Assembly (NCBI GenBank): GCA_964016885.1
Contig: CAXHJY010000738.1
Span: 186,001 to 250,000, forward strand
Length of the DNA: 64,000 nucleotides
Direction of reading: 5' to 3'
From: Eledone cirrhosa
Lineage: Eukaryota
In this document: piece by piece, positions 1 to 15,300 of the stretch
Numbering within the stretch: the first letter of the stretch is position 1
Layout of the letters: each line of letters opens with the position of its first letter
The notes under the pieces: model-generated
Told to the model about the DNA's origin: nothing
The model's input: the letters and a program-made list of their open reading frames with translations, nothing else
Databases searched by the model: none
Position numbers and translations under genes: made by a program

Positions 1-2110
1 TACAGTAGGTATAATACAGTACAGTAGGTATATTACAGTACAGTAGGTATATTACAGTACAGTAGGTATATTACAGTACACTAGTTATAATACAGTACAG
101 TAGGTATATTACATTACAGTAGTTATAATACAGTACAGTAGGTATATTACAGTACAGTAGGTATATTACAGTACAGTAGGTATATTACAGTACAGTAGGT
201 ATATTACAGTACAGTAGGTATATTACAGTACAGTAGATATAATATAATACAGTAGATATATTACAGTACAGTAGGTATATTACAGTACAGTAGGTATATT
301 ACAGTACAGTAGGTATATTACAGTACAGTAGGTATATTACACTACAGTAGATATATTACAGTACAGTAGGTATATTACAGTACAGTAGGTATAATACCAT
401 ACAGTAGGTATATTACAGTACAGTAGGTATATTACAGTACAGTAGGTATAATACAGTACAGTAGATATATTACAGTACAGTAGGTATATTACAGTACAGT
501 AGATATATTACAGTACAGTAGATATATTACAGTACAGTAGATATATTACAGTACAGTAGGTATATTACAGTACAGTAGATAGATTACAGTACAGTAGATA
601 GATTACAGTACAGTAGGTATATTACAGTACAGTAGATAGATTACAGTACAGTAGATATATTACAGTACAGTAGGTATATTACAGTACAGTAGGTATATTA
701 CAGTACAGTAGGTATATTACAGTACAGTAGATATATTACAGTACAGTAGGTATATTACAGTACAGTATGTATATTACAGTACAGTAGGTATATTACAGTA
801 CAGTAGGTATATTACAGTACAGTAGGTATAATACAGTACAGTAGGTATATTACAGTACAGTAGGTATATTACAGTACAGTAGGTATATTACAGTACAGTA
901 GGTATAATACAGTTCAGTAGGTATAATACAGTACAGTAGGTATATTACAGTACAGTAGATATATTACAGTACAGTAGATATATTACAGTACAGTAGATAT
1001 ATTACAGTACAGTAGGTATATTACAGTACAGTAGATATATTACAGTACAGTAGGTATATTACAGTACATTAGATATATTACAGTACAGTAGGTATATTAC
1101 AGTGCAGTAGGTATATTACAGTACAGTAGGTATATTACAGTACAGTAGATATATTACAGTACAGTAGGTATAATACAGTACAGTAGGTATATTACAGTAC
1201 AGTAGGTATATTACAGTACAGTAGGTATATTACAGTACACTAGTTATAATACAGTACAGTAGGTATATTACATTACAGTAGTTATAATACAGTACAGTAG
1301 GTATATTACAGTACAGTAGGTATATTACAGTACAGTAGGTATATTACAGTACAGTAGGTATATTACAGTACAGTAGATATAATACAATACAGTAGATATA
1401 TTACAGTACAGTAGGTATATTACATTACAGTAGGTATATTACAGTACAGTAGGTATATTACAGTACAGTAGGTATATTACACTACAGTAGATATATTACA
1501 GTACAGTAGGTATATTACAGTACAGTAGGTATAATACCATACAGTAGGTATATTACAGTACAGTAGGTATATTACAGTACAGTAGGTATAATACAGTACA
1601 GTAGATATATTACAGTACAGTAGGTATATTACAGTACAGTAGATATATTACAGTACAGTAGATATATTACAGTACAGTAGATATATTACAGTACAGTAGG
1701 TATATTACAGTACAGTAGATAGATTACAGTACAGTAGATAGATTACAGTACAGTAGGTATATTACAGTACAGTAGATAGATTACAGTACAGTAGATATAT
1801 TACAGTACAGTAGGTATATTACAGTACAGTAGGTATATTACAGTACAGTAGGTATATTACAGTACAGTAGATATATTACAGTACAGTAGGTATATTACAG
1901 TACAGTATGTATATTACAGTACAGTAGGTATATTACAGTACAGTAGGTATATTACAGTACAGTAGGTATAATACAGTACAGTAGGTATATTACAGTACAG
2001 TAGGTATATTACAGTACAGTAGGTATATTACAGTACAGTAGGTATAATACAGTACAGTAGGTATAATACAGTACAGTAGGTATATTACAGTACAGTAGAT
2101 ATATTACAGT
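1..2110. repeat. Local higher-order tandem duplication, ~1,140-1,159 bp (60-61 monomers)
   Basis: Sequence at 241-960 recurs at 1381-2100 (offset 1,140), e.g. ATAATACCAT at 391 and 1531. CACTAGTT at ~79 and ~1238 has offset 1,159. Confidence 0.9.
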
Positions 2111-2399
2111 ACAGAAGATATATTACAGTACATTAGGTATATTACAGTACAGTAGGTATATTACAGTACAGTAGGTATATTACAGTACAGTAGGTATATT
2201 ACAGTACAGTAGATATATTACAGTACAGTAGGTATATTACAGTACACTAGGTATATTACAGTACAGTAGGTATATTACAGTACAGTAGATATATTGCAGT
2301 ACAGTAGGTATATTACTGTACAGTAGGGATAATACAGTACAGTAGATATGTTACAGTACAGTAGGTATATTACAGTACAGTAGGTATATTACAGTACAG

Positions 2400-3235
2400 T
2401 AGACATATTACAGTACAGTATGTATATTACAGTACAGTAGGTATATTACAGTACAGTAGTTATAATACAGTAAAGTAGATATATTACAGTACAGAAGATA
2501 TATTACAGTACAGAAGATATATTACAGTACAGTAGATAGATTACAGTACAGTAGATATATTACAGTACAGTAGGTATATTACAGTACAGTAGATATATTA
2601 CAGTACAGTAGGTATATTATAGTACAGTAGGTATATTACAGTACAGTAGATATATTACAGTACAGAAGATATATTACAGTACAGTAGATAGATTACAGTA
2701 CAGTATATATATTACAGTACAGTAGGTATATTACAGTACAGTAGATATATTACAGTACAGTAGGTATATTATAGTACAGTAGGTATATTACAGTACAGTA
2801 GGTATATTACAGTACAGTAGGTATAATACAGTAAAGTAGGTATATTACAGTACAGTATGTATATTACAGTACAGTAGGTATATTACAGTACAGTAGGTAT
2901 AATACAGTAAAGTAGATATATTACAGTACAGAAGATATATTACAGTACAGAAGATATATTACAGTACAGTAGATAGATTACAGTACAGTAGATATATTAC
3001 AGTACAGTAGGTATATTACAGTACAGTAGATATATTACAGTACAGTAGGTATATTATAGTACAGTAGGTATATTACAGTACAGTAGATATATTACAGTAC
3101 AGAAGATATATTACAGTACAGTAGATAGATTACAGTACAGTATATATATTACAGTACAGTAGGTATATTACAGTACAGTAGATATATTACAGTACAGTAG
3201 GTATATTATAGTACAGTAGGTATATTACAGTACAG
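2400..3235. repeat. 437-bp (23-monomer) tandem duplication; also present at ~10850-11685 and ~22600-23435
   Basis: TAAAGTAGAT at 2471 and 2908; CAGTATATAT at 2701 and 3138; the same order of GAAGAT, GATAGAT and TTATAG variants in both copies. Confidence 0.88.
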
Positions 3236-4629
3236 TAGATATATTACAGTACAGTAGGTATATTACAGTACAGTAGATAGAGTACAGTACAGTAGATATA
3301 TTACAGTACAGTAGGTATATTACAGTACAGTAGGTATATTACAGTACAGTATGTATATTACAGTACAGTAGGTATATTACAGTACAGTAGGTATATTACA
3401 GTACAGTAGGTATATTACAGTACAGTAGGTATATTACAGTACAGTAGATATATTACAGTACAATAGGTATATTACAGTACAGTAGGTATATTACAGTACA
3501 GTAGGTATATTACAGTACAGTAGGTATATTACAGTACAGTAGATATATTACAGTACAATAGATATATTACAGTACAGTAGATAGATTACAGTACAGTAGA
3601 TATATTACAGTACAGTAGGTATATTACAGTACAGTAGATATATTACAGTACAGTAGGTATATTATAGTACAGTAGGTATATTACAGTACAGTAGGTATAT
3701 TACAGTACAGTAGGTATAATACAGTAAAGTAGGTATATTACAGTACAGAAGGTATATTACACTACAGTAGGTATAATACAATACAGTAGGTATATTACAG
3801 TACAGTACGTATATTACAGTACAGTAGGTATGTTACAGTACAGTAGGTATATTACAGTACAGTAGGTATATTACAGTACAGTAGGTATATTACAGTACAG
3901 TAGGTATATTACAGTACAGTAGATATATTACAGTACAGTAGGTATATTACAGTACAGTAGGTATATTACAGTACAGTAGATAGAGTACAGTACAGTAGAT
4001 ATATTACAGTACAGTAGGTATATTACAGTACAGTAGGTATAATACAGTACAGTAGGTATATTACAGTACAGTAGGTTTATTACAGTACAGTAGGTATATT
4101 ACAGTACAGTAGGTATATTACAGTACAGTAGGTATATTACAGTACAGTAGATATATTGCAGTACAGTAGGTATATTACAGTAAAGTAGATAGATTACAGT
4201 ACATTAGATATATTACAGTACAGTAGATATATTACAGTACAATAGGTATATTACAGTACAGTAGGTATATTACAGTACAGTAGATATATTACAGTACAGT
4301 AGGTATATTACAGTACAGTAGATATATTACAGTACAGTAGGTATATTACAGTACAGTCGATATAATACAGTACAGTAGGTATATTACAGTACAGTCGATA
4401 TAATACAGTACAGTAGATATATTACAGTACAGTAGGTATATTACAGTACAGTTGGTATATTACAGTACAGTAGGTATATTACAGTACAGTAGGTATATTA
4501 CAGTACAGTAGGTATATTACAGTACAGTAGGTATATTACAGTACACTAGGTATATTACAGTACAGTAGGTATATTACAGTACAGTAGATATATTACAGTA
4601 CAGTAGGTATAATACCATACAGTAGGTAT

Positions 4630-7600
4630 ATTACAGTACAGTAGGTATATTACAGTACAGTAGGTATAATACAGTACAGTAGATATATTACAGTACAGTA
4701 GGTATATTACACTACAGTAGGTATATTACAGTACAGTAGGTATATTAAAGTACAGTAGGTATAATACAGTACAGTAGGTATATTACAGTACAGTAGGTAT
4801 ATTACAGTACAGTAGATATAATACAGTACAGTAGATATATTGCAGTACAGTAGGTATATTACTGTACAGTAGGTATATTACAGTACAGTAGATATATTAC
4901 AGTACAGTAGGTATAATACAGTACAGTAGGTATATTACAGTACAGTAGGTATATTACAGTACAGTAGGTATATTACACTACAGTAGGTATATTACACTAC
5001 AGTAGGTATATTACAGTACAGTAGGTATATTACACTACAGTAGGTATATTACAGTACAGTAGGTATATTAAAGTACAGTAGGTATAATACAGTACAGTAG
5101 GTATATTACAGTACAGTAGGTATATTACAGTACAGTAGATATAATACAGTACAGTAGATATATTACAGTACAGTAGGTATATTACAGTACAGTAGGTATA
5201 TTACAGTACAGTAGGTATAATACAGTACAGTAGGTATATTACAGTACAGTAGGTATATTACAGTACAGTAGGTATATTACAGTACAGTAGGTATATTACA
5301 GTACAGTAGGTATATTACAATACAGTAGGTATATTACAGTACAGTAAATAGATTACAGTACAGTAGATATATTACAGTACAGTAGGTATATTACAGTACA
5401 GTAGGTATATTATAGTACAGTAGATATATTACAGTACAGTAGGTATATTACAGTACATTAGATATATTACAGTACAGTAGATATATTACAGTACAGTAGG
5501 TATATTACAGTACAGTAGGTATATTACAGTACATTAGGTATATTACAGTACAGTAGGTATAATACAGTACAGTAGATATATTACAGTACAGTAGGTATAT
5601 TACAGTACAGTAGGTATATTACAGTACAGTAGATATATTACAGTACAGTAGGTATAATACAGTAAAGTAGGTATATTACAGTACAGTAGGTATATTACAG
5701 TACAGTAGGTATAATACAGTACAGTAGGTATATTACAGTACAGTAGGTATATTACAGTACAGTAGGTATGTTACAGTACAGTAGGTATATTACAGTACAG
5801 TAGGTATATTACAGTACAGTAGGTATATTACAGTACAGTAGGTATATTACAGTACAGTAGATATATTACAGTACAGTAGGTATATTACAGTACAGTAGAT
5901 AGATTACAGTACAGTAGATATATTACAGTACAGTAGATATATTACAGTACAGTAGGTATATTACAGTACAGTAGATATATTACAGTACAGTAGGTATATT
6001 ACAGTACATTAGATATATTACAGTACAGTAGGTATATTACAGTGCAGTAGGTATATTACAGTACAGTAGGTATATTACAGTACAGTAGATATATTACAGT
6101 ACAGTAGGTATAATACAGTACAGTAGGTATATTACAGTACAGTAGGTATATTACAGTACAGTAGGTATATTACAGTACACTAGTTATAATACAGTACAGT
6201 AGGTATATTACATTACAGTAGTTATAATACAGTACAGTAGGTATATTACAGTACAGTAGGTATATTACAGTACAGTAGGTATATTACAGTACAGTAGGTA
6301 TATTACAGTACAGTAGGTATATTACAGTACAGTAGATATAATACAATACAGTAGATATATTACAGTACAGTAGGTATATTACAGTACAGTAGGTATATTA
6401 CAGTACAGTAGGTATATTACAGTACAGTAGGTATATTACACTACAGTAGATATATTACAGTACAGTAGGTATATTACAGTACAGTAGGTATAATACCATA
6501 CAGTAGGTATATTACAGTACAGTAGGTATATTACAGTACAGTAGGTATAATACAGTACAGTAGATATATTACAGTACAGTAGGTATATTACAGTACAGTA
6601 GATATATTACAGTACAGTAGATATATTACAGTACAGTAGATATATTACAGTACAGTAGGTATATTACAGTACAGTAGATAGATTACAGTACAGTAGATAG
6701 ATTACAGTACAGTAGGTATATTACAGTAGATAGATTACAGTACAGTAGATATATTACAGTACAGTAGGTATATTACAGTACAGTAGGTATATTACAGTAC
6801 AGTAGGTATATTACAGTACAGTAGATATATTACAGTACAGTAGGTATATTACAGTACAGTATGTATATTACAGTACAGTAGGTATATTACAGTACAGTAG
6901 GTATATTACAGTACAGTAGGTATAATACAGTACAGTAGGTATATTACAGTACAGTAGGTATATTACAGTACAGTAGGTATATTACAGTACAGTAGGTATA
7001 TTACAGTACAGTAGGTATAATACAGTACAGTAGATATATTACAGTACAGTAGGTATATTACACTACAGTAGGTATATTACAGTACAGTAGGTATATTACA
7101 CTACAGTAGGTATATTACAGTACAGTAGGTATATTAAAGTACAGTAGGTATAATACAGTACAGTAGGTATATTACAGTACAGTAGGTATATTACAGTACA
7201 GTAGATATAATACAGTACAGTAGATATATTGCAGTACAGTAGGTATATTACTGTACAGTAGGTATATTACAGTACAGTAGATATATTAAAGTACAGTAGT
7301 TATATTACAGTACAGTAGGTATATTACAGTACAGTAGGTATATTACAGTACAGTAGATATATTACAGTACAGTAGGTATAATACAGTACAGTAGGTATAT
7401 TACAGTACAGTAGGTATATTACAGTACAGTAGGTATATTACACTACAGTAGGTATATTACACTACAGTAGGTATATTACAGTACAGTAGGTATATTACAC
7501 TACAGTAGGTATATTACAGTACAGTAGGTATATTACAGTACAGTAGATATAATACAGTACAGTAGATATATTACAGTACAGTAGGTATATTACAGTACAG

Positions 7601-9360
7601 TAGGTATATTACAGTACAGTAGGTATAATACAGTACAGTAGGTATATTACAGTACAGTAGGTATATTACAGTACAGTAGGTATATTACAGTACAGTAGGT
7701 ATATTACAGTACAGTAGGTATATTACAATACAGTAGGTATATTACAGTACAGTAAATAGATTACAGTACAGTAGATATATTACAGTACAGTAGGTATATT
7801 ACAGTACAGTAGGTATATTATAGTACAGTAGATATATTACAGTACAGTAGGTATATTACAGTACAGTAGATATATTACAGTACAGTAGATATATTACAGT
7901 ACAGTAGGTATATTACAGTACAGTAGGTATATTACAGTACATTAGGTATATTACAGTACAGTAGGTATAATACAGTACAGTAGATATATTACAGTACAGT
8001 AGGTATATTACAGTACAGTGGGTATATTACAGTACAGTAGATATATTACAGTACAGTAGGTATAATACAGTAAAGTAGGTATATTACAGTACAGTAGGTA
8101 TATTACAGTACAGTAGGTATAATACAGTACAGTAGGTATATTACAGTACAGTAGGTATATTACAGTACAGTAGGTATGTTACAGTACAGTAGGTATATTA
8201 CAGTACAGTAGGTATATTACAGTACAGTAGGTATATTACAGTACAGTAGGTATATTACAGTACAGTAGATATATTACAGTACAGTAGGTATATTACAGTA
8301 CAGTAGATAGATTACAGTACAGTAGATATATTACAGTACAGTAGATATATTACAGTACAGTAGGTATATTACAGTACAGTAGATATATTACAGTACAGTA
8401 GGTATATTACAGTACATTAGATATATTACAGTACAGTAGGTATATTACAGTGCAGTAGGTATATTACAGTACAGTAGGTATATTACAGTACAGTAGATAT
8501 ATTACAGTACAGTAGGTATAATACAGTACAGTAGGTATATTACAGTACAGTAGGTATATTACAGTACAGTAGGTATATTACAGTACACTAGTTATAATAC
8601 AGTACAGTAGGTATATTACATTACAGTAGTTATAATACAGTACAGTAGGTATATTACAGTACAGTAGGTATATTACAGTACAGTAGGTATATTACAGTAC
8701 AGTAGATATAATACAATACAGTAGATATATTACAGTACAGTAGGTATATTACAGTACAGTAGGTATATTACAGTACAGTAGGTATATTACAGTACAGTAG
8801 GTATATTACACTACAGTAGATATATTACAGTACAGTAGGTATATTACAGTACAGTAGGTATAATACCATACAGTAGGTATATTACAGTACAGTAGGTATA
8901 TTACAGTACAGTAGGTATAATACAGTACAGTAGATATATTACAGTACAGTAGGTATATTACAGTACAGTAGATATATTACAGTACAGTAGATATATTACA
9001 GTACAGTAGATATATTACAGTACAGTAGGTATATTACAGTACAGTAGATAGATTACAGTACAGTAGATAGATTACAGTACAGTAGGTATATTACAGTACA
9101 GTAGATAGATTACAGTACAGTAGATATATTACAGTACAGTAGGTATATTACAGTACAGTAGGTATATTACAGTACAGTAGGTATATTACAGTACAGTAGA
9201 TATATTACAGTACAGTAGGTATATTACAGTACAGTATGTATATTACAGTACAGTAGGTATATTACAGTACAGTAGGTATATTACAGTACAGTAGGTATAA
9301 TACAGTACAGTAGGTATATTACAGTACAGTAGGTATATTACAGTACAGTAGGTATATTAC
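4630..9360. repeat. ~2.4-kb tandem duplication (~127 monomers)
   Basis: TAAATAGAT at 5345 and 7753 (offset 2,408 = 127x19-5), followed in both copies by the same series GTAAAG, TATGTT, CATTAGAT, GTGCAG, CACTAGTT, CCAT. Confidence 0.8.
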
Positions 9361-12300
9361 AGTACAGTAGGTATAATACAGTACAGTAGGTATAATACAG
9401 TACAGTAGGTATATTACAGTACAGTAGATATATTACAGTACAGTAGATATATTACAGTACAGTAGATATATTACAGTACAGTAGGTATATTACAGTACAG
9501 TAGATATATTACAGTACAGTAGGTATATTACAGTACATTAGATATATTACAGTACAGTAGGTATATTACAGTGCAGTAGGTATATTACAGTACAGTAGGT
9601 ATATTACAGTACAGTAGATATATTACAGTACAGTAGGTATAATACAGTACAGTAGGTATATTACAGTACAGTAGGTATATTACAGTACAGTAGGTATATT
9701 ACAGTACACTAGTTATAATACAGTACAGTAGGTATATTACATTACAGTAGGTATATTACAGTACAGTAGGTATATTACAGTACAGTAGGTATATTACAGT
9801 ACAGTAGGTATATTACAGTACAGTAGATATAATACAATACAGTAGATATATTACAGTACAGTAGGTATATTACAGTACAGTAGGTATATTACAGTACAGT
9901 AGGTATATTACAGTACAGTAGGTATATTACACTACAGTAGATATATTACAGTACAGTAGGTATATTACAGTACAGTAGGTATAATACCATACAGTAGGTA
10001 TATTACAGTACAGTAGGTATATTACAGTACAGTAGGTATAATACAGTACAGTAGATATATTACAGTACAGTAGGTATATTACAGTACAGTAGATATATTA
10101 CAGTACAGTAGATATATTACAGTACAGTAGATATATTACAGTACAGTAGGTATATTACAGTACAGTAGATAGATTACAGTACAGTAGATAGATTACAGTA
10201 CAGTAGGTATATTACAGTACAGTAGATAGATTACAGTACAGTAGATATATTACAGTACAGTAGGTATATTACAGTACAGTAGGTATATTACAGTACAGTA
10301 GGTATATTACAGTACAGTAGATATATTACAGTACAGTAGGTATATTACAGTACAGTATGTATATTACAGTACAGTAGGTATATTACAGTACAGTAGGTAT
10401 ATTACAGTACAGTAGGTATAATACAGTACAGTAGGTATATTACAGTACAGTAGGTATATTACAGTACAGTAGGTATATTACAGTACAGTAGGTATAATAC
10501 AGTACAGTAGGTATAATACAGTACAGTAGGTATATTACAGTACAGTAGATATATTACAGTACAGAAGATATATTACAGTACATTAGGTATATTACAGTAC
10601 AGTAGGTATATTACAGTACAGTAGGTATATTACAGTACAGTAGGTATATTACAGTACAGTAGATATATTACAGTACAGTAGGTATATTACAGTACACTAT
10701 GTATATTACAGTACAGTAGGTATATTACAGTACAGTAGATATATTGCAGTACAGTAGGTATATTACTGTACAGTAGGGATAATACAGTACAGTAGATATG
10801 TTACAGTACAGTAGGTATATTACAGTACAGTAGGTATATTACAGTACAGTAGACATATTACAGTACAGTATGTATATTACAGTACAGTAGGTATATTACA
10901 GTACAGTAGGTATAATACAGTAAAGTAGATATATTACAGTACAGAAGATATATTACAGTACAGAAGATATATTACAGTACAGTAGATAGATTACAGTACA
11001 GTAGATATATTACAGTACAGTAGGTATATTACAGTACAGTAGATATATTACAGTACAGTAGGTATATTATAGTACAGTAGGTATATTACAGTACAGTAGA
11101 TATATTACAGTACAGAAGATATATTACAGTACAGTAGATAGATTACAGTACAGTATATATATTACAGTACAGTAGGTATATTACAGTACAGTAGATATAT
11201 TACAGTACAGTAGGTATATTATAGTACAGTAGGTATATTACAGTACAGTAGGTATATTACAGTACAGTAGGTATAATACAGTAAAGTAGGTATATTACAG
11301 TACAGTATGTATATTACAGTACAGTAGGTATATTACAGTACAGTAGGTATAATACAGTAAAGTAGATATATTACAGTACAGAAGATATATTACAGTACAG
11401 AAGATATATTACAGTACAGTAGATAGATTACAGTACAGTAGATATATTACAGTACAGTAGGTATATTACAGTACAGTAGATATATTACAGTACAGTAGGT
11501 ATATTATAGTACAGTAGGTATATTACAGTACAGTAGATATATTACAGTACAGAAGATATATTACAGTACAGTAGATAGATTACAGTACAGTATATATATT
11601 ACAGTACAGTAGGTATATTACAGTACAGTAGATATATTACAGTACAGTAGGTATATTATAGTACAGTAGGTATATTACAGTACAGTAGATATATTACAGT
11701 ACAGTAGGTATATTACAGTACAGTAGATAGAGTACAGTACAGTAGATATATTACAGTACAGTAGGTATATTACAGTACAGTAGGTATATTACAGTACAGT
11801 ATGTATATTACAGTACAGTAGGTATATTACAGTACAGTAGGTATATTACAGTACAGTAGGTATATTACAGTACAGTAGGTATATTACAGTACAGTAGATA
11901 TATTACAGTACAATAGGTATATTACAGTACAGTAGGTATATTACAGTACAGTAGGTATATTACAGTACAGTAGGTATATTACAGTACAGTAGATATATTA
12001 CAGTACAGTAGATATATTACAGTACAGTAGATAGATTACAGTACAGTAGATATATTACAGTACAGTAGGTATATTACAGTACAGTAGATATATTACAGTA
12101 CAGTAGGTATATTATAGTACAGTAGGTATATTACAGTACAGTAGGTATATTACAGTACAGTAGGTATAATACAGTAAAGTAGGTATATTACAGTACAGAA
12201 GGTATATTACACTACAGTAGGTATAATACAATACAGTAGGTATATTACAGTACAGTAGGTATATTACAGTACAGTAGGTATGTTACAGTACAGTAGGTAT

Positions 12301-15300
12301 ATTACAGTACAGTAGGTATATTACAGTACAGTAGGTATATTACAGTACAGTAGGTATATTACAGTACAGTAGATATATTACAGTACATTAGGTATATTAC
12401 AGTACAGTAGGTATATTACAGTACAGTAGATAGAGTACAGTACAGTAGATATATTACAGTACAGTAGGTATATTACAGTACAGTAGGTATAATACAGTAC
12501 AGTAGGTATATTACAGTACAGTAGGTTTATTACAGTACAGTAGGTATATTACAGTACAGTAGGTATATTACAGTACAGTAGGTATATTACAGTACAGTAG
12601 ATATATTGCAGTACAGTAGGTATATTACAGTAAAGTAGATAGATTACAGTACATTAGATATATTACAGTACAGTAGATATATTACAGTACAATAGGTATA
12701 TTACAGTACAGTAGGTATATTACAGTACAGTAGATATATTACAGTACAGTAGGTATATTACAGTACAGTAGATATATTACAGTACAGTAGGTATATTACA
12801 GTACAGTCGATATAATACAGTACAGTAGGTATATTACAGTACAGTCGATATAATACAGTACAGTAGATATATTACAGTACAGTAGGTATATTACAGTACA
12901 GTTGGTATATTACAGTACAGTAGGTATATTACAGTACAGTAGGTATATTACAGTACAGTAGGTATATTACAGTACACTAGGTATATTACAGTACAGTAGG
13001 TATATTACAGTACAGTAGATATATTACAGTACAGTAGGTATAATACCATACAGTAGGTATATTACAGTACAGTAGGTATATTACAGTACAGTAGGTATAA
13101 TACAGTACAGTAGATATATTACAGTGCAGTAGGTATATTACACTACAGTAGGTATATTACAGTACAGTAGGTATATTAAAGTACAGTAGGTATAATACAG
13201 TACAGTAGGTATATTACAGTACAGTAGGTATATTACAGTACAGTAGATATAATACAGTACAGTAGATATATTGCAGTACAGTAGGTATATTACTGTACAG
13301 TAGGTATATTACAGTACAGTAGATATATTAAAGTACAGTAGTTATATTACAGTACAGTAGGTATATTACAGTACAGTAGGTATATTACAGTACAGTAGAT
13401 ATATTACAGTACAGTAGGTATAATACAGTACAGTAGGTATATTACAGTACAGTAGGTATATTACAGTACAGTAGGTATATTACACTACAGTAGGTATATT
13501 ACACTACAGTAGGTATATTACAGTACAGTAGGTATATTACACTACAGTAGGTATATTACAGTACAGTAGGTATATTAAAGTACAGTAGGTATAATACAGT
13601 ACAGTAGGTATATTACAGTACAGTAGGTATATTACAGTACAGTAGATATAATACAGTACAGTAGATATATTACAGTACAGTAGGTATATTACAGTACAGT
13701 AGGTATATTACAGTACAGTAGGTATAATACAGTACAGTAGGTATATTACAGTACAGTAGGTATATTACAGTACAGTAGGTATATTACAGTACAGTAGGTA
13801 TATTACAGTACAGTAGGTATATTACAATACAGTAGGTATATTACAGTACAGTAAATAGATTACAGTACAGTAGATATATTACAGTACAGTAGGTATATTA
13901 CAGTACAGTAGGTATATTATAGTACAGTAGATATATTACAGTACAGTAGGTATATTACAGTACATTAGATATATTACAGTACAGTAGATATATTACAGTA
14001 CAGTAGGTATATTACAGTACAGTAGGTATATTACAGTACATTAGGTATATTACAGTACAGTAGGTATAATACAGTACAGTAGATATATTACAGTACAGTA
14101 GGTATATTACAGTACAGTAGGTATATTACAGTACAGTAGATATATTACAGTACAGTAGGTATAATACAGTAAAGTAGGTATATTACAGTACAGTAGGTAT
14201 ATTACAGTACAGTAGGTATAATACAGTACAGTAGGTATATTACAGTACAGTAGGTATATTACAGTACAGTAGGTATGTTACAGTACAGTAGGTATATTAC
14301 AGTACAGTAGGTATATTACAGTACAGTAGGTATATTACAGTACAGTAGGTATATTACAGTACAGTAGATATATTACAGTACAGTAGGTATATTACAGTAC
14401 AGTAGATAGATTACAGTACAGTAGATATATTACAGTACAGTAGATATATTACAGTACAGTAGGTATATTACAGTACAGTAGATATATTACAGTACAGTAG
14501 GTATATTACAGTACATTAGATATATTACAGTACAGTAGGTATATTACAGTGCAGTAGGTATATTACAGTACAGTAGGTATATTACAGTACAGTAGATATA
14601 TTACAGTACAGTAGGTATAATACAGTACAGTAGGTATATTACAGTACAGTAGGTATATTACAGTACAGTAGGTATATTACAGTACACTAGTTATAATACA
14701 GTACAGTAGGTATATTACATTACAGTAGTTATAATACAGTACAGTAGGTATATTACAGTACAGTAGGTATATTACAGTACAGTAGGTATATTACAGTACA
14801 GTAGGTATATTACAGTACAGTAGGTATATTACAGTACAGTAGATATAATACAATACAGTAGATATATTACAGTACAGTAGGTATATTACAGTACAGTAGG
14901 TATATTACAGTACAGTAGGTATATTACAGTACAGTAGGTATATTACACTACAGTAGATATATTACAGTACAGTAGGTATATTACAGTACAGTAGGTATAA
15001 TACCATACAGTAGGTATATTACAGTACAGTAGGCATATTACAGTACAGTAGGTATAATACAGTACAGTAGATATATTACAGTACAGTAGGTATATTACAG
15101 TACAGTAGATATATTACAGTACAGTAGATATATTACAGTACAGTAGATATATTACAGTACAGTAGGTATATTACAGTACAGTAGATAGATTACAGTACAG
15201 TAGATAGATTACAGTACAGTAGGTATATTACAGTAGATAGATTACAGTACAGTAGATATATTACAGTACAGTAGGTATATTACAGTACAGTAGGTATATT

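Noticed and set aside
10-15. TATAAT (-10 box) and TATA-like motifs, recurring throughout
   Set aside because: They are a one-base variant of the monomer, with no -35 element and no downstream gene.
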